The notes under the pieces were generated by a model that saw only the letters and a program-made list of their open reading frames with translations, had not been told where the DNA came from and did no database searches. Below, in pieces: positions 36,341-44,417 of a DNA stretch of 64,000 nucleotides. The stretch comes from an uncultured Candidatus Poseidoniales archaeon (GTDB taxonomy: Archaea; Thermoplasmatota; Poseidoniia; Poseidoniales; Thalassarchaeaceae). The position numbers and the translations under genes were made by a program. Position 1 is the stretch's first letter; each line of letters begins with the position of its first letter. The stretch spans positions 1,088 to 65,087 of the forward strand of contig CAWVWT010000007.1 in the NCBI GenBank assembly GCA_963934015.1, written 5' to 3'.

Positions 36341-37864
36341 TCAAACACCATAACGACTACCGTGGAGTATGAGGGATTTTCGAACAAGTTCTATGATGAG
36401 ATCAATCTCTTCGGTTGTGATGGAAAAATGGGGTGTGAAGCGCAATGCGTTTTGGCCCCCATGTATGACTCCAAGACCCACTTTTCGACATTGCTCTTCA
36501 ATCTGACCAAAACCAATCACTGGATGTGTCTCAGGATTTAATTCCGCGCAACAAAGTAACCCCGCACCTTGTACCTTGATAATTACATCTGGAAATTCAA
36601 CTGCTAATTGCTCAAGTTTTGAAACCAATTCAGTTCCACGTTCCATGATATTGTTCCTGAGTTCAGGCGTAATTTGATCTAGCACTGCAATCGCTGTTTC
36701 CAGCGCACGTGGATTGGTAGTCATCGTATTTCCATAAATGCCGACAACATAGAGTTCAGATGCACGAGGAGATAACCCCAGAACAGAGAGGGGGAATTGT
36801 CCAGCGTTGAGAGCTTTGGACCATGTTTCTAGATCAGGGACGGCGCAGGTTTCGAAGCCAGGGTAATCAATAATCGATAGGCATCCTTGCCCACGTAATC
36901 CAGCTTGGATTGAATCAACCAACAACATGCTACCGTGTTCAAGTGTCAAACGCCGAGCCTCATCATAGAATTCTCGTGTGACACACTGCCCGGGGTTTCC
37001 TTCTCCCTGCACTGGTTCAATAGCCATTAACTCGATGAAAAATTTCTCTTTTTCTGCACGAGAAAAAATATTCCGAAGAGATTCGACATCATTGGAAGGG
37101 ACGAGCAACAAATTATCTCTGTCACGGAATGAGGCGAGGTTCTGGTCATATCCATCTTTACAAGAATGTGAAATTTGAGCAGGACGGTCTGTACGTCCAT
37201 GGAATGCCTGTTCAATCGCAAGGAGTTTGATTGATTTCCCCTCATGCTTCCCTCCAGTACCGGTCATTTGATTGGCATTAACATCAGCAATCCTTAGGCT
37301 AACCGCTACAGATTCCGAGCCACTATTCATGCAAATAAATTTCGAAAAAGGACAATCGCCACGGGTGTGTCCCAGTTCACTGCGGAGACGATTCGCCAGA
37401 CGTTGTTGGCTGAATGAAGGTGTCATGACATTGGCCATAACCCAATTTTTCGACATTGCTTCTATGATACCATCTGGGCCATGCCCCCCGCCCAACATCC
37501 CATAACTTCCATTGTCATGGAGCACTGCTCCTTTCGAGGTGATCACCCAAGGTCCACGAGCAGCAATCGCCACGTATGGATTGATTGTTGCTGCGGAATA
37601 AAAGTTGATGTAATCAAATTGGACGGATGAGACAAGATTCTCTTCATCCTGCGCCAAGCACTCCAACCCAACTTCATCAACCAAATTAGCAAAGATTGTT
37701 GATGCTTCTTTGATTACACGGACCAGTTGAGAATCAATCTCACAGAAGCGTTGGATTATCTCATCAGACAGCCCTAGTGTTTGAGCCGAAGAACCATTGG
37801 AAATACGCCGAATCTCCTCCAAGTGCCTAAGCATATTCAATTCGACACGGAGGTTATCCATCAA
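36341..37864 (-). CDS. class-III PLP-dependent aminotransferase with ~100-aa N-terminal extension
   Basis: The class-III boxes are MNSGSESV, IEQAFHGRT and LLVDSIQAGLRGQG (the DExQTG.GRTG equivalent). The PLP-lysine context is DLETWSKALNAGQFPLS. Substrate is not assignable. Confidence 0.8.
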   Translation of the reverse strand: MMDNLRVELNMLRHLEEIRRISNGSSAQTLGLSDEIIQRFCEIDSQLVRVIKEASTIFANLVDEVGLECLAQDEENLVSSVQFDYINFYSAATINPYVAIAARGPWVITSKGAVLHDNGSYGMLGGGHGPDGIIEAMSKNWVMANVMTPSFSQQRLANRLRSELGHTRGDCPFSKFICMNSGSESVAVSLRIADVNANQMTGTGGKHEGKSIKLLAIEQAFHGRTDRPAQISHSCKDGYDQNLASFRDRDNLLLVPSNDVESLRNIFSRAEKEKFFIELMAIEPVQGEGNPGQCVTREFYDEARRLTLEHGSMLLVDSIQAGLRGQGCLSIIDYPGFETCAVPDLETWSKALNAGQFPLSVLGLSPRASELYVVGIYGNTMTTNPRALETAIAVLDQITPELRNNIMERGTELVSKLEQLAVEFPDVIIKVQGAGLLCCAELNPETHPVIGFGQIEEQCRKVGLGVIHGGQNALRFTPHFSITTEEIDLIIELVRKSLILHGSRYGV

Positions 37865-38184
37865 TGTTCGCTGAGTGAAATTTCAGTGGAACTCACAATG
37901 TTGCCATTATAGTGATAATAAATTTCAATTGAAAATCTTATTTTATTCCTGCGCTGAAGTCAATTTTTATATTGGCTGATAAATCTAATATTATCAGCCT
38001 TTTCAATTTAAAATGAACAAATGCACACTTGGGCGTATTATTGAATATTCAATTGAAAAAAATAAGATTATCAGCCTTTTTCAATTGAACAACTGATTTA
38101 TTTTTGCAATGGGATGGTTTAATAGCCCATTCGACCCGTCGAGTGACAGGCAGGATGGGATGTTGCAACAGGAGACGTGGAACT
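37865..38184. other. 320-bp AT-rich divergent intergenic region with nested palindromes and direct repeats
   Basis: This is the largest non-coding stretch in the window. TTCAATTGAA occurs at 37924-37933, 38048-38057 and 38080-38089, with a degenerate copy at 38002-38011. The inverted repeat GGCTGATAA (37974-37982) / TTATCAGCC (37991-37999) is present. The direct repeat ATTATCAGCCTTTT(T)CAATT occurs at 37990 and 38067. TTGAATATTCAA is a 12-nt palindrome at 38041-38052. TATA-like TTTTTATAT lies at ~37964-37972. Confidence 0.8.
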
Positions 38185-38772
38185 ATGGAAGATGATAATT
38201 ACAGAATACAAGAACTTCTACAAAGAGAAGTATACGTGGGTGACAACCTCGTTGGAACGATTGTCGGTGAACGTTATCACCCCAACGAAGATCGCGTCAA
38301 ATCGATGCGGATACAGGTTAAGCCAAACGTGGCGGAAGAATATATGCGCAAGCCAGCAGAACATGCACCACTATCGAAAGAATTGATTCATTCAATCCAA
38401 GATGATGGTTCGGTCAAGCTCTCAAAGTCGATGCGGGAACTGCAGAGACGGTGGAGAAATACAGTGCGAATTGAAGAACAACTTTACGCACCTGATGAAC
38501 TTCTAGATCGAGCAGTCTTGGACGATGATGGTATGGAACTCGGCGTGGTTATTGGCCTGGTGAAGGTCAAGCGCACATACCGTGGGATTACAGTGAAACT
38601 ACGATCGGCTGTTCGTCGTCGCTATGCGCTGGATGAAACTATCGACATTCCAGTTACCGCACTCGCACGTACCAGAGCTCGGTTGGATGAAATCGTACTC
38701 TCGAGAACATACGATAAATTGCGTTCTTTACCCAGTTATATTCAGATTAACGAAGGTATTCTAGAGGATTAA
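38185..38772 (+). CDS. tandem PRC-barrel domain protein
   Basis: There are two copies of the PRC-barrel-like pattern l..(R/E)xVxxxxGxxlGxvxg, namely LLQREVYVGDNLVGTIVGE... and LLDRAVLDDDGMELGVVIGL.... ATG 38185 is preceded by GGAG, and the track TTG 38104 start is unlikely. Confidence 0.6.
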   Translation: MEDDNYRIQELLQREVYVGDNLVGTIVGERYHPNEDRVKSMRIQVKPNVAEEYMRKPAEHAPLSKELIHSIQDDGSVKLSKSMRELQRRWRNTVRIEEQLYAPDELLDRAVLDDDGMELGVVIGLVKVKRTYRGITVKLRSAVRRRYALDETIDIPVTALARTRARLDEIVLSRTYDKLRSLPSYIQINEGILED

Positions 38773-38820
38773 GTACAACCGTCACCGTTAATTCGGGGAC
38801 GTCGGTCGCCGTGTTGTTCT

Positions 38821-38895
38821 GGACGGGTAGCTTAGGTTGGCTGGAGCACCCGGCTGATAACCGGGAGGTCGCAGGTTCAAATCCTGCCTCGTCCA
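38821..38895 (+). tRNA. tRNA-Ile (anticodon GAU)
   Basis: The cloverleaf was folded by hand. The acceptor stem is GGACGGG/CTCGTCC (one G-U pair). The anticodon stem is CCCGG/CCGGG with loop CTGATAA. The T arm is GCAGG-TTCAAAT-CCTGC and the discriminator is A. No CCA is encoded, and CTTTT follows. Confidence 0.9.
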
Positions 38896-38970
38896 CTTTT
38901 CACAGCGTAACCATCTCTCGAAGTGTATCGATGGGAAACAACATGAACAGTCGGCTCTGAGGCACGCTAC

Positions 38971-39909
38971 ATGGCAGTTGTGTCGGGTAGCAATGCGGCT
39001 GAATTGGCTGCTGCTCTGGCAAATGAGTTGGGGTGGGAGCATCACCCCCTCGAGGTCCGACGGTTTCCAGACTCAGAGGGCTATGTCCGAGTCCCTCAAG
39101 AAAGCATAGAAGCCATTCGCAAAGAGCCAGTTGTACTGGTTGCGACAACATTTCCAGATTCAGGAATCGTAGAAGCTCTGTTGATGCTAGAATCAATTCA
39201 CGATGTTCGCAGTGGAGACATGAGCAATTTGAAGGGGGAAGGGGAACAGAACCTAGATGATGCCGGCCCCGGAATTTTCCTCGCTGTACCTTACTTTGGG
39301 TATTCGAGGCAGGATAAACGATTTCAGCGTGGCGAAGTTGTTTCAGCGAAACTTCTGGCTCGTCTATTGACTAGGCGTTGCGATGGAATGATTGTACTGG
39401 ATCTTCACGCACCGGCCGTCCTTGAAGACCTTGATGTCCCTACAGCATTTGTTTCTTCAATGCCTGAAATCGCAATTCATCTTCAGAAGACGGTGAAACC
39501 TGATTTTGTTCTCAGCCCCGATAAAGGGGCCATCGAAAGAGCCAGCCACGTTGCGAAAGCCATTGGTTGCAATTTCTCTTATCTAGAAAAAACACGAATT
39601 GATGCACATAACATTGAACATCAAGCCAAAGACTTGGATGTTGATGGAGCGATTGTTGCCATCGTTGACGATATGATTTCAACCGGCGGCACAATTTGTA
39701 AGGCCAGTGACGCCCTACGTCGTCAGGGTGCCAAAGCAGTCCATGCAGCATGCACACATGGACTCTTTACAGGAGGGGCAATCACACGTCTCTCAAATCA
39801 TGTAGATGGGGTGCACGCAACCGATTCTCTACCCAACCCCCGCTCTGTAGTGAGTGGGGCACCTGCCATAGCCAGGGGAGTTCGTGACCTGATGGAACGA
39901 GTGCTTTGA
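38971..39909 (+). CDS. prs: ribose-phosphate pyrophosphokinase (PRPP synthetase)
   Basis: The N-terminal ...SGSNAAELAAALANELG, the R.FPDSE segment, YFGYSRQDKRF, DLHA and the PRPP-binding loop VDDMISTGGT are all present. Confidence 0.9.
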   Translation: MAVVSGSNAAELAAALANELGWEHHPLEVRRFPDSEGYVRVPQESIEAIRKEPVVLVATTFPDSGIVEALLMLESIHDVRSGDMSNLKGEGEQNLDDAGPGIFLAVPYFGYSRQDKRFQRGEVVSAKLLARLLTRRCDGMIVLDLHAPAVLEDLDVPTAFVSSMPEIAIHLQKTVKPDFVLSPDKGAIERASHVAKAIGCNFSYLEKTRIDAHNIEHQAKDLDVDGAIVAIVDDMISTGGTICKASDALRRQGAKAVHAACTHGLFTGGAITRLSNHVDGVHATDSLPNPRSVVSGAPAIARGVRDLMERVL

Positions 39910-39919
39910 TGTGCTGTAC

Positions 39920-39932
39920 GCCCCGTAGGGGC
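39920..39932. repeat. perfect 13-nt GC palindrome GCCCC-GTA-GGGGC (CCGTAGG-core family)
   Basis: Read directly from the sequence. It lies 10 nt upstream of the TTTATA box of the ribosomal protein operon. Confidence 0.7.
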
Positions 39933-39942
39933 TTCCGCTGCG

Positions 39943-39948
39943 TTTATA
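39943..39948 (+). promoter_or_regulatory. TATA box (TTTATA) for the rpl7ae-rps28e-rpl24e operon
   Basis: This is a canonical archaeal TATA hexamer ~47 nt upstream of ATG 39995, and GAGGAG SD lies 8 nt before the ATG. Confidence 0.55.
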
Positions 39949-39994
39949 CGAGGCACGTCGTGCGGCGGCTTACCAAACATGAGGAGTGAATCCA

Positions 39995-40369
39995 ATGAGT
40001 GTACATATAGCATTTGAAACCCCGAAAGACGTTCAAGATGGTGTCTACGAACTTGTCAAGCTCGTAGGCAACGGTAATGGCCGTCTAAAGAAAGGCAGTA
40101 ATGAAGTAACCAAAGCAGCTGAACGCGGTACCGCGAAGATGGTTGTTATGGCGGAGAATGTCAACCCATCAGAGTTGTTGGCACACATTCCTCTCATCTG
40201 CAAAGAAAAGAAAATTCCCTTCATCTATGTCGAAGATCAAACTTACTTGGCTGAAGCTGCTGGTATGAGCACCGGTTCAAAAACTGCTGCCATCGCATTG
40301 ATGGAAGTTGCCAAGGGTGCTGAAGATGCCTTCAATGGTGTCAAAGGTCACACCGACGCACTGAACTGA
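39995..40369 (+). CDS. rpl7ae: 50S ribosomal protein L7Ae
   Basis: The L7Ae/L30e signature is [27 protein letters not shown]...IPFIYV. Confidence 0.95.
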   Translation: MSVHIAFETPKDVQDGVYELVKLVGNGNGRLKKGSNEVTKAAERGTAKMVVMAENVNPSELLAHIPLICKEKKIPFIYVEDQTYLAEAAGMSTGSKTAAIALMEVAKGAEDAFNGVKGHTDALN

Positions 40370-40395
40370 GATTGAAATCCAGGTGGAATGACAAA

Positions 40396-40614
40396 ATGAC
40401 TCAAGAAGGTTGGCCGGCAGAGGTCGTAGAAGTGGTCGGTAGAACCGGCATGACCGGAGAAGCGACTCAAGTCAAGGTTCGAGTCAATGATGCACCAAAT
40501 CCGCGTGACATTGGCCGTATTATTACGCGCAACGTTGTCGGACCGATCCGTATCGGTGATATTCTGATGCTACGTGACACTGGCCGTGAAGCTCGAAAAC
40601 TCAATGCTCGCTGA
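40396..40614 (+). CDS. rps28e: 30S ribosomal protein S28e
   Basis: [23 protein letters not shown]...[30 protein letters not shown] is diagnostic. AGGTGG SD lies ~10 nt before ATG 40396. Confidence 0.95.
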   Translation: MTQEGWPAEVVEVVGRTGMTGEATQVKVRVNDAPNPRDIGRIITRNVVGPIRIGDILMLRDTGREARKLNAR

Positions 40615-40621
40615 GGTGGTA

Positions 40622-40813
40622 ATGATGGCCGAACGTCGAATTTGCAACTTCTCTGGAGAAGAAATTGAACCAGGTACCGGCGTAATGTACGTCAAACGTG
40701 ACGGGACTGTGCTTTGGTTCAAGGATTCAAAGGCACGAAAGAACATGAAATTGGGCCGCAATCCACGCAAGGTCAAGTGGACACGGCGCTATGTCAAGGG
40801 CGGAGTCCAGTAA
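40622..40813 (+). CDS. rpl24e: 50S ribosomal protein L24e
   Basis: The diagnostic sequence is [57 protein letters not shown] lies before the ATG. Confidence 0.95.
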   Translation: MMAERRICNFSGEEIEPGTGVMYVKRDGTVLWFKDSKARKNMKLGRNPRKVKWTRRYVKGGVQ

Positions 40814-40905
40814 TCCTCTGCACCCTATCTACTGCTGTATCATCAACTGCGATGCTGGCGGCGTCCTGAAATAGGGGTGGGCGGTCGGCCGATTCGGTGT
40901 CAAAC

Positions 40906-41352
40906 ATGCAAACGACCTACATAATGGTGAAACCCGACGGTGTTCAACGCGGATTAGTTGGCGAAATTATTACCCGCTTTGAGCGAAAAGGACTCCGCTT
41001 GGTTGGACTGAAATCAATTGTGCCAGACCTTGAACTCGTCGAAACTCACTATGCGGTCCACAAGGAACGTCCGTTCTATTCTGGTCTCGTGAAATTTGTC
41101 ACCTCAGGACCTGTCGTGGCAATGGCCTGGAGGGGCGTGGATGCGATTACTGTCTGCCGGAATATCATCGGAGCAACCAATGGTCGTGATGCTGACATGG
41201 GTACAATCCGAGGTGACTTCGGTATGGATGTTGGATACAATTTGATCCACGGTAGTGATAGTGAAGAAACTGCAACCTATGAACTTGGACTTTGGTTTCC
41301 TGAAGGGTTGAACAATTGGACTCCAAACCGCGAGGCTTGGGTATACGAGTGA
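40906..41352 (+). CDS. ndk: nucleoside diphosphate kinase
   Basis: [27 protein letters not shown] and the active-site NLIHGSDS are present. The start is ATG 40906, with GTG 40897 as an alternative. Confidence 0.95.
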   Translation: MQTTYIMVKPDGVQRGLVGEIITRFERKGLRLVGLKSIVPDLELVETHYAVHKERPFYSGLVKFVTSGPVVAMAWRGVDAITVCRNIIGATNGRDADMGTIRGDFGMDVGYNLIHGSDSEETATYELGLWFPEGLNNWTPNREAWVYE

Positions 41353-41359
41353 GGAGAAA

Positions 41360-41398
41360 CTCAATTGTAAGTTTAAACTTTCAATTGAAAAATTGAGG
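41360..41398. terminator. TTCAATTGAA-family element between ndk and infB
   Basis: CTCAATTG (41360-41367) is followed by TTTCAATT-GAAA-AATTGAGG, with the perfect 10-mer at 41380-41389. This gives a 6-bp stem with a GAAA loop, immediately before the GAGGTG SD of infB. Confidence 0.4.
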
Positions 41399-41405
41399 TG
41401 ATTTA

Positions 41406-43202
41406 ATGGCTGAAAATAGCCGCAGACAACCTATTGTCGCTGTCTTGGGCCATGTGGATCATGGCAAAACATCAGTCTTGGATTACATTCGTGGTTTGGG
41501 GCAAAACCGTCAAGCAAGTGTGATGGCTAGAGAAGCGGGTGGCATCACACAACACATTGGAGCCACCGAGGTCCCAGCCAGGTTATTGAATGAACTTTGC
41601 AGCCCATTGATGGGGGGGAAGGAATTCTTGTCTCCAGGTCTACTCTTCATCGACACACCGGGCCATCATTCATTTTCCACTTTGAGAACCCGAGGTGGTT
41701 CCTTAGCAGATATTGCAATTCTTGTCATCGATTTAATGGAGGGTTGTCAACCTCAGACACTAGAATCTATTCGAATTTTGAAAAACGCAAAAACGCCATT
41801 CGTTGTATGTGCGAACAAAATAGACCGCATTCATGGATGGCATTGCAAGGAAGGTCGTTCTGCTGCGGAATCTATGAAAGATCAAGATGGGCATGCTAAG
41901 GGTTTGTTTGAACAGAAATTTTGGCACCTCGTAGGGCAATTCGGAGAACAAGGGTTCAATCTGGACATGTATGACAAAATTTCTGACTTCACCCAAAACA
42001 TCCCCATGGTCCCCTGTTCTGCTAAAGAAGGCGAAGGTATGCAAGACCTGCTTGCAATTACTATTGGCTTAGCTGAAAAATTTCTCGACGAACAACTCTC
42101 TGATATCAAGGGGGCCTCCGAAGGAACCGTTCTTGAGATGAAAGAAGAGCGTGGCCTCGGAAAAACGCTGGATGTAATTCTCTATCGCGGTCAAGTATCA
42201 AAAGGTGATGAAATCGTTGTTGCTACCGAACAAGGTGCGAAAATTACCAAGGTAAGGGGCTTGTTCAGACCCCGTGGCATGGCTGAAATGCGTGACGCGG
42301 GCGATCGTTGGGATGCAATCGAAACCATTGAAGCAGCGGCCGGGTTGAAATTAGCAGCACCTGATTTAGATGGAGTGCTGGCTGGAACAACACTCAGGGT
42401 ACTCCCAACAGAGGAATCTTTGCGACAAGACATCATTGCTGCCGCTGAAGAGGAATCTGAAATCAGTATTGAATTGGAGGATGAAGGTATTGTTATCAAA
42501 GCGGATACGCTTGGTGGACTGGAGGCCCTTGCCTTTGAACTTCGGAATCTGGAAACCCCTATACCGATTCGAAATGCAGGGATAGGACCAGTGAATAAGC
42601 GTGATTTGCGAAGTGCAGAAAACGCATCAGACCCCCTGCACAGAGTTATTCTTGCTTTCAGCACGAGTACACAAACTGAAACAGCTGAGGAACTTGAAAA
42701 GGATGATTGTGAGGTTGTTCATATCGGGTCAGATATCATCTATCACATTCTCGAACAGTTTGAAATTTGGACGGAAAAGCGGACACTTGAGCTGGAAGAG
42801 GAAAAACGAGAGAAAATTATCTACCCTGGGAAAATCAAAATCCTTGCAGATCATATTTTCCGTCGTTCAGGGCCAGCCGTTGTAGGCGTCCGGGTATTAG
42901 GTGGACGGCTTCATGTCGGACAGAGACTTCTCACTATCGATGGAACAAAGGTCGGCCAAGTAAAATCCATTAGAATTGGGGATAATTCGCACAAAGAAGC
43001 GAAACAGGGTGATGAAGTTGCTGTTGCAATCCAAGGAGCAACGGTTGGACGCGGAATCGATGAAGAAGACATCCTGCTCGTCGATGTGCCGGCAAGCCAC
43101 GCTAGGAGACTACGAAAACTCGAGTTGACTGCAACCGAACAAGAGGTCCTCGACGAACTCACGATACTGCATCGCGCAGATAACCATTTTTGGGGACGTT
43201 AA
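41406..43202 (+). CDS. infB: translation initiation factor aIF5B (IF-2)
   Basis: RQPIVAVLGHVDHGKTSVLDYIRG (G1), DTPGH (G3) and NKID (G4) are present. The length of 598 aa and the position after ndk match many archaea. Confidence 0.95.
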   Translation: MAENSRRQPIVAVLGHVDHGKTSVLDYIRGLGQNRQASVMAREAGGITQHIGATEVPARLLNELCSPLMGGKEFLSPGLLFIDTPGHHSFSTLRTRGGSLADIAILVIDLMEGCQPQTLESIRILKNAKTPFVVCANKIDRIHGWHCKEGRSAAESMKDQDGHAKGLFEQKFWHLVGQFGEQGFNLDMYDKISDFTQNIPMVPCSAKEGEGMQDLLAITIGLAEKFLDEQLSDIKGASEGTVLEMKEERGLGKTLDVILYRGQVSKGDEIVVATEQGAKITKVRGLFRPRGMAEMRDAGDRWDAIETIEAAAGLKLAAPDLDGVLAGTTLRVLPTEESLRQDIIAAAEEESEISIELEDEGIVIKADTLGGLEALAFELRNLETPIPIRNAGIGPVNKRDLRSAENASDPLHRVILAFSTSTQTETAEELEKDDCEVVHIGSDIIYHILEQFEIWTEKRTLELEEEKREKIIYPGKIKILADHIFRRSGPAVVGVRVLGGRLHVGQRLLTIDGTKVGQVKSIRIGDNSHKEAKQGDEVAVAIQGATVGRGIDEEDILLVDVPASHARRLRKLELTATEQEVLDELTILHRADNHFWGR

Positions 43203-43296
43203 GCCATTCAGTACCCTATTCCGATGCAGAATTAACGGCTGAAATCTATGATGATTTCATGACCCCTCGACCCCCAACGTTGAAGTACGAATTGCA

Positions 43297-44325
43297 ATGG
43301 TCCAGCGATGGGTTAACACCCGGGATGATACCATGTCAGCAGGGATGGCACAAGCAGGCGCAGGCCGCACGAAGGACCTGATTTCAACTGTGAGTTCAAT
43401 TTCTCATACATTGATGGCTGAAGTCGCGAAGGTTATCATCGGCAAAGAAGAAAACTTGCTGCGTGTCACGGTTGGAATTCTTTCGAATGGGAATATGCTA
43501 TTGGAGGACTTCCCAGGTCTTGCCAAAACCTTGCTTGCAAATACATTTGCAAAAGCACTTGGTTGCAAATTCAAGCGTGTTCAATTCACACCTGATTTAC
43601 TGCCATCTGACATCATGGGGACGTACATGTACGACCAACAGGCTGGTGAATTCAAACTCCGACCAGGACCATTGTTCACAAATCTTCTTCTCGGTGACGA
43701 AATTAACCGTGCACCACCCAAGACACAAGCAGCACTGCTTGAAGCAATGGAAGAAAAACAGGTGACGATTGAAGGTATCACGCACAAATTACCTGCACCT
43801 TTCGTAACAATGGCAACACAGAACCCGATTGAACAGGAAGGGACCTACCCTCTCCCTGAGGCTCAAATGGACCGCTTCCTGATGAAGATGTCAATGGGCT
43901 ACCCTGATCGTGCAGAAGAGAAGGCAATCATTGCTCGCCGTAAGTTACGGGGAAAAGATGGGCACGATGTTGAACAGATTACTTCTCCAAAGAAGGTTGT
44001 TGCTATGCAAAAGGCTCTCGAAACCGTCCATGTTGACCCAGCAATTCTCTCTTACATCGTCGAAGTTGTTCAGCGATCTCGTGAAGACCATCGTGTGATT
44101 ACCGGTGCTTCACCTCGAGCCAGTCAATCGCTGTTCAAGACAGGACGCGCATCTGCTGCGGTCGATGGTCGAGACTATGTGATTCCTGACGATATCAAAC
44201 GGGTGGCTTTACAAGTTTGCAGTCATCGTGTATTGCTCAAACCAGAAGCAAAGATTCGCGGTATTACTGGAATGCACATCATGCGTAAAATCCTCTCAGA
44301 AGTTCCAGTCCCGGTCATTCAGTAA
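43297..44325 (+). CDS. MoxR-family AAA+ ATPase
   Basis: VIIGKEENLL is followed by MLLEDFPGLAKTLLANTFAKAL (Walker A variant), RVQFTPDLLPSDIMG, LLGDEINRAPPKTQAALLEAMEE (Walker B/sensor) and ATQNPIEQEGTYPLPEAQMDRF. The start could be ATG 43297, 43333 or 43345. Confidence 0.9.
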   Translation: MVQRWVNTRDDTMSAGMAQAGAGRTKDLISTVSSISHTLMAEVAKVIIGKEENLLRVTVGILSNGNMLLEDFPGLAKTLLANTFAKALGCKFKRVQFTPDLLPSDIMGTYMYDQQAGEFKLRPGPLFTNLLLGDEINRAPPKTQAALLEAMEEKQVTIEGITHKLPAPFVTMATQNPIEQEGTYPLPEAQMDRFLMKMSMGYPDRAEEKAIIARRKLRGKDGHDVEQITSPKKVVAMQKALETVHVDPAILSYIVEVVQRSREDHRVITGASPRASQSLFKTGRASAAVDGRDYVIPDDIKRVALQVCSHRVLLKPEAKIRGITGMHIMRKILSEVPVPVIQ

Positions 44326-44347
44326 TCGCCTGTAAACGATTACAGAC

Positions 44348-44368
44348 CACTCGATTGGGCGAGTGTTT
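44348..44368 (+). terminator. stem-loop + T-run after the MoxR gene
   Basis: CACTCG-ATTGGG-CGAGTG is followed by TTT and starts 23 nt downstream of the stop. Confidence 0.35.
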
Positions 44369-44417
44369 CAAAGAGGGGCTTGGGTGAGGACAGCGTGTTC
44401 TAGCCGAGGTTGTTGAT

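Noticed and set aside
37865-38184. The AT-rich spacer as a replication origin (a single ORB-like TTTCAGTGGAAC at 37879-37890 plus an AT-rich stretch).
   Set aside because: There is only one ORB-like element, with no inverted partner (the shared GTGGAACT 8-mer at 38177 is within chance). No orc1/cdc6 gene is in the window and no G-string elements are present. It is kept only as a minor alternative within the finding on this region.
38821-38895. The tRNA genes as integration hot spots (genomic island borders).
   Set aside because: There is no integrase, no direct repeat of a tRNA 3' half and no compositional break visible by eye on either side of tRNA-Ile or tRNA-Leu. The flanking genes are housekeeping.
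38788-39196. Minus-strand ORFs 38788-39045 and 38900-39196.
   Set aside because: They run through tRNA-Ile and the 5' part of the prs gene, which has unambiguous PRPP synthetase motifs. They have no motif support.
43238-43254. A possible C/D-box sRNA in the infB-moxR spacer (AUGAUGA at 43248-43254, with CUGA just upstream).
   Set aside because: No downstream D' or D box (CUGA) or C' box occurs at appropriate spacing, and the order of the boxes is wrong. The match is most likely chance.
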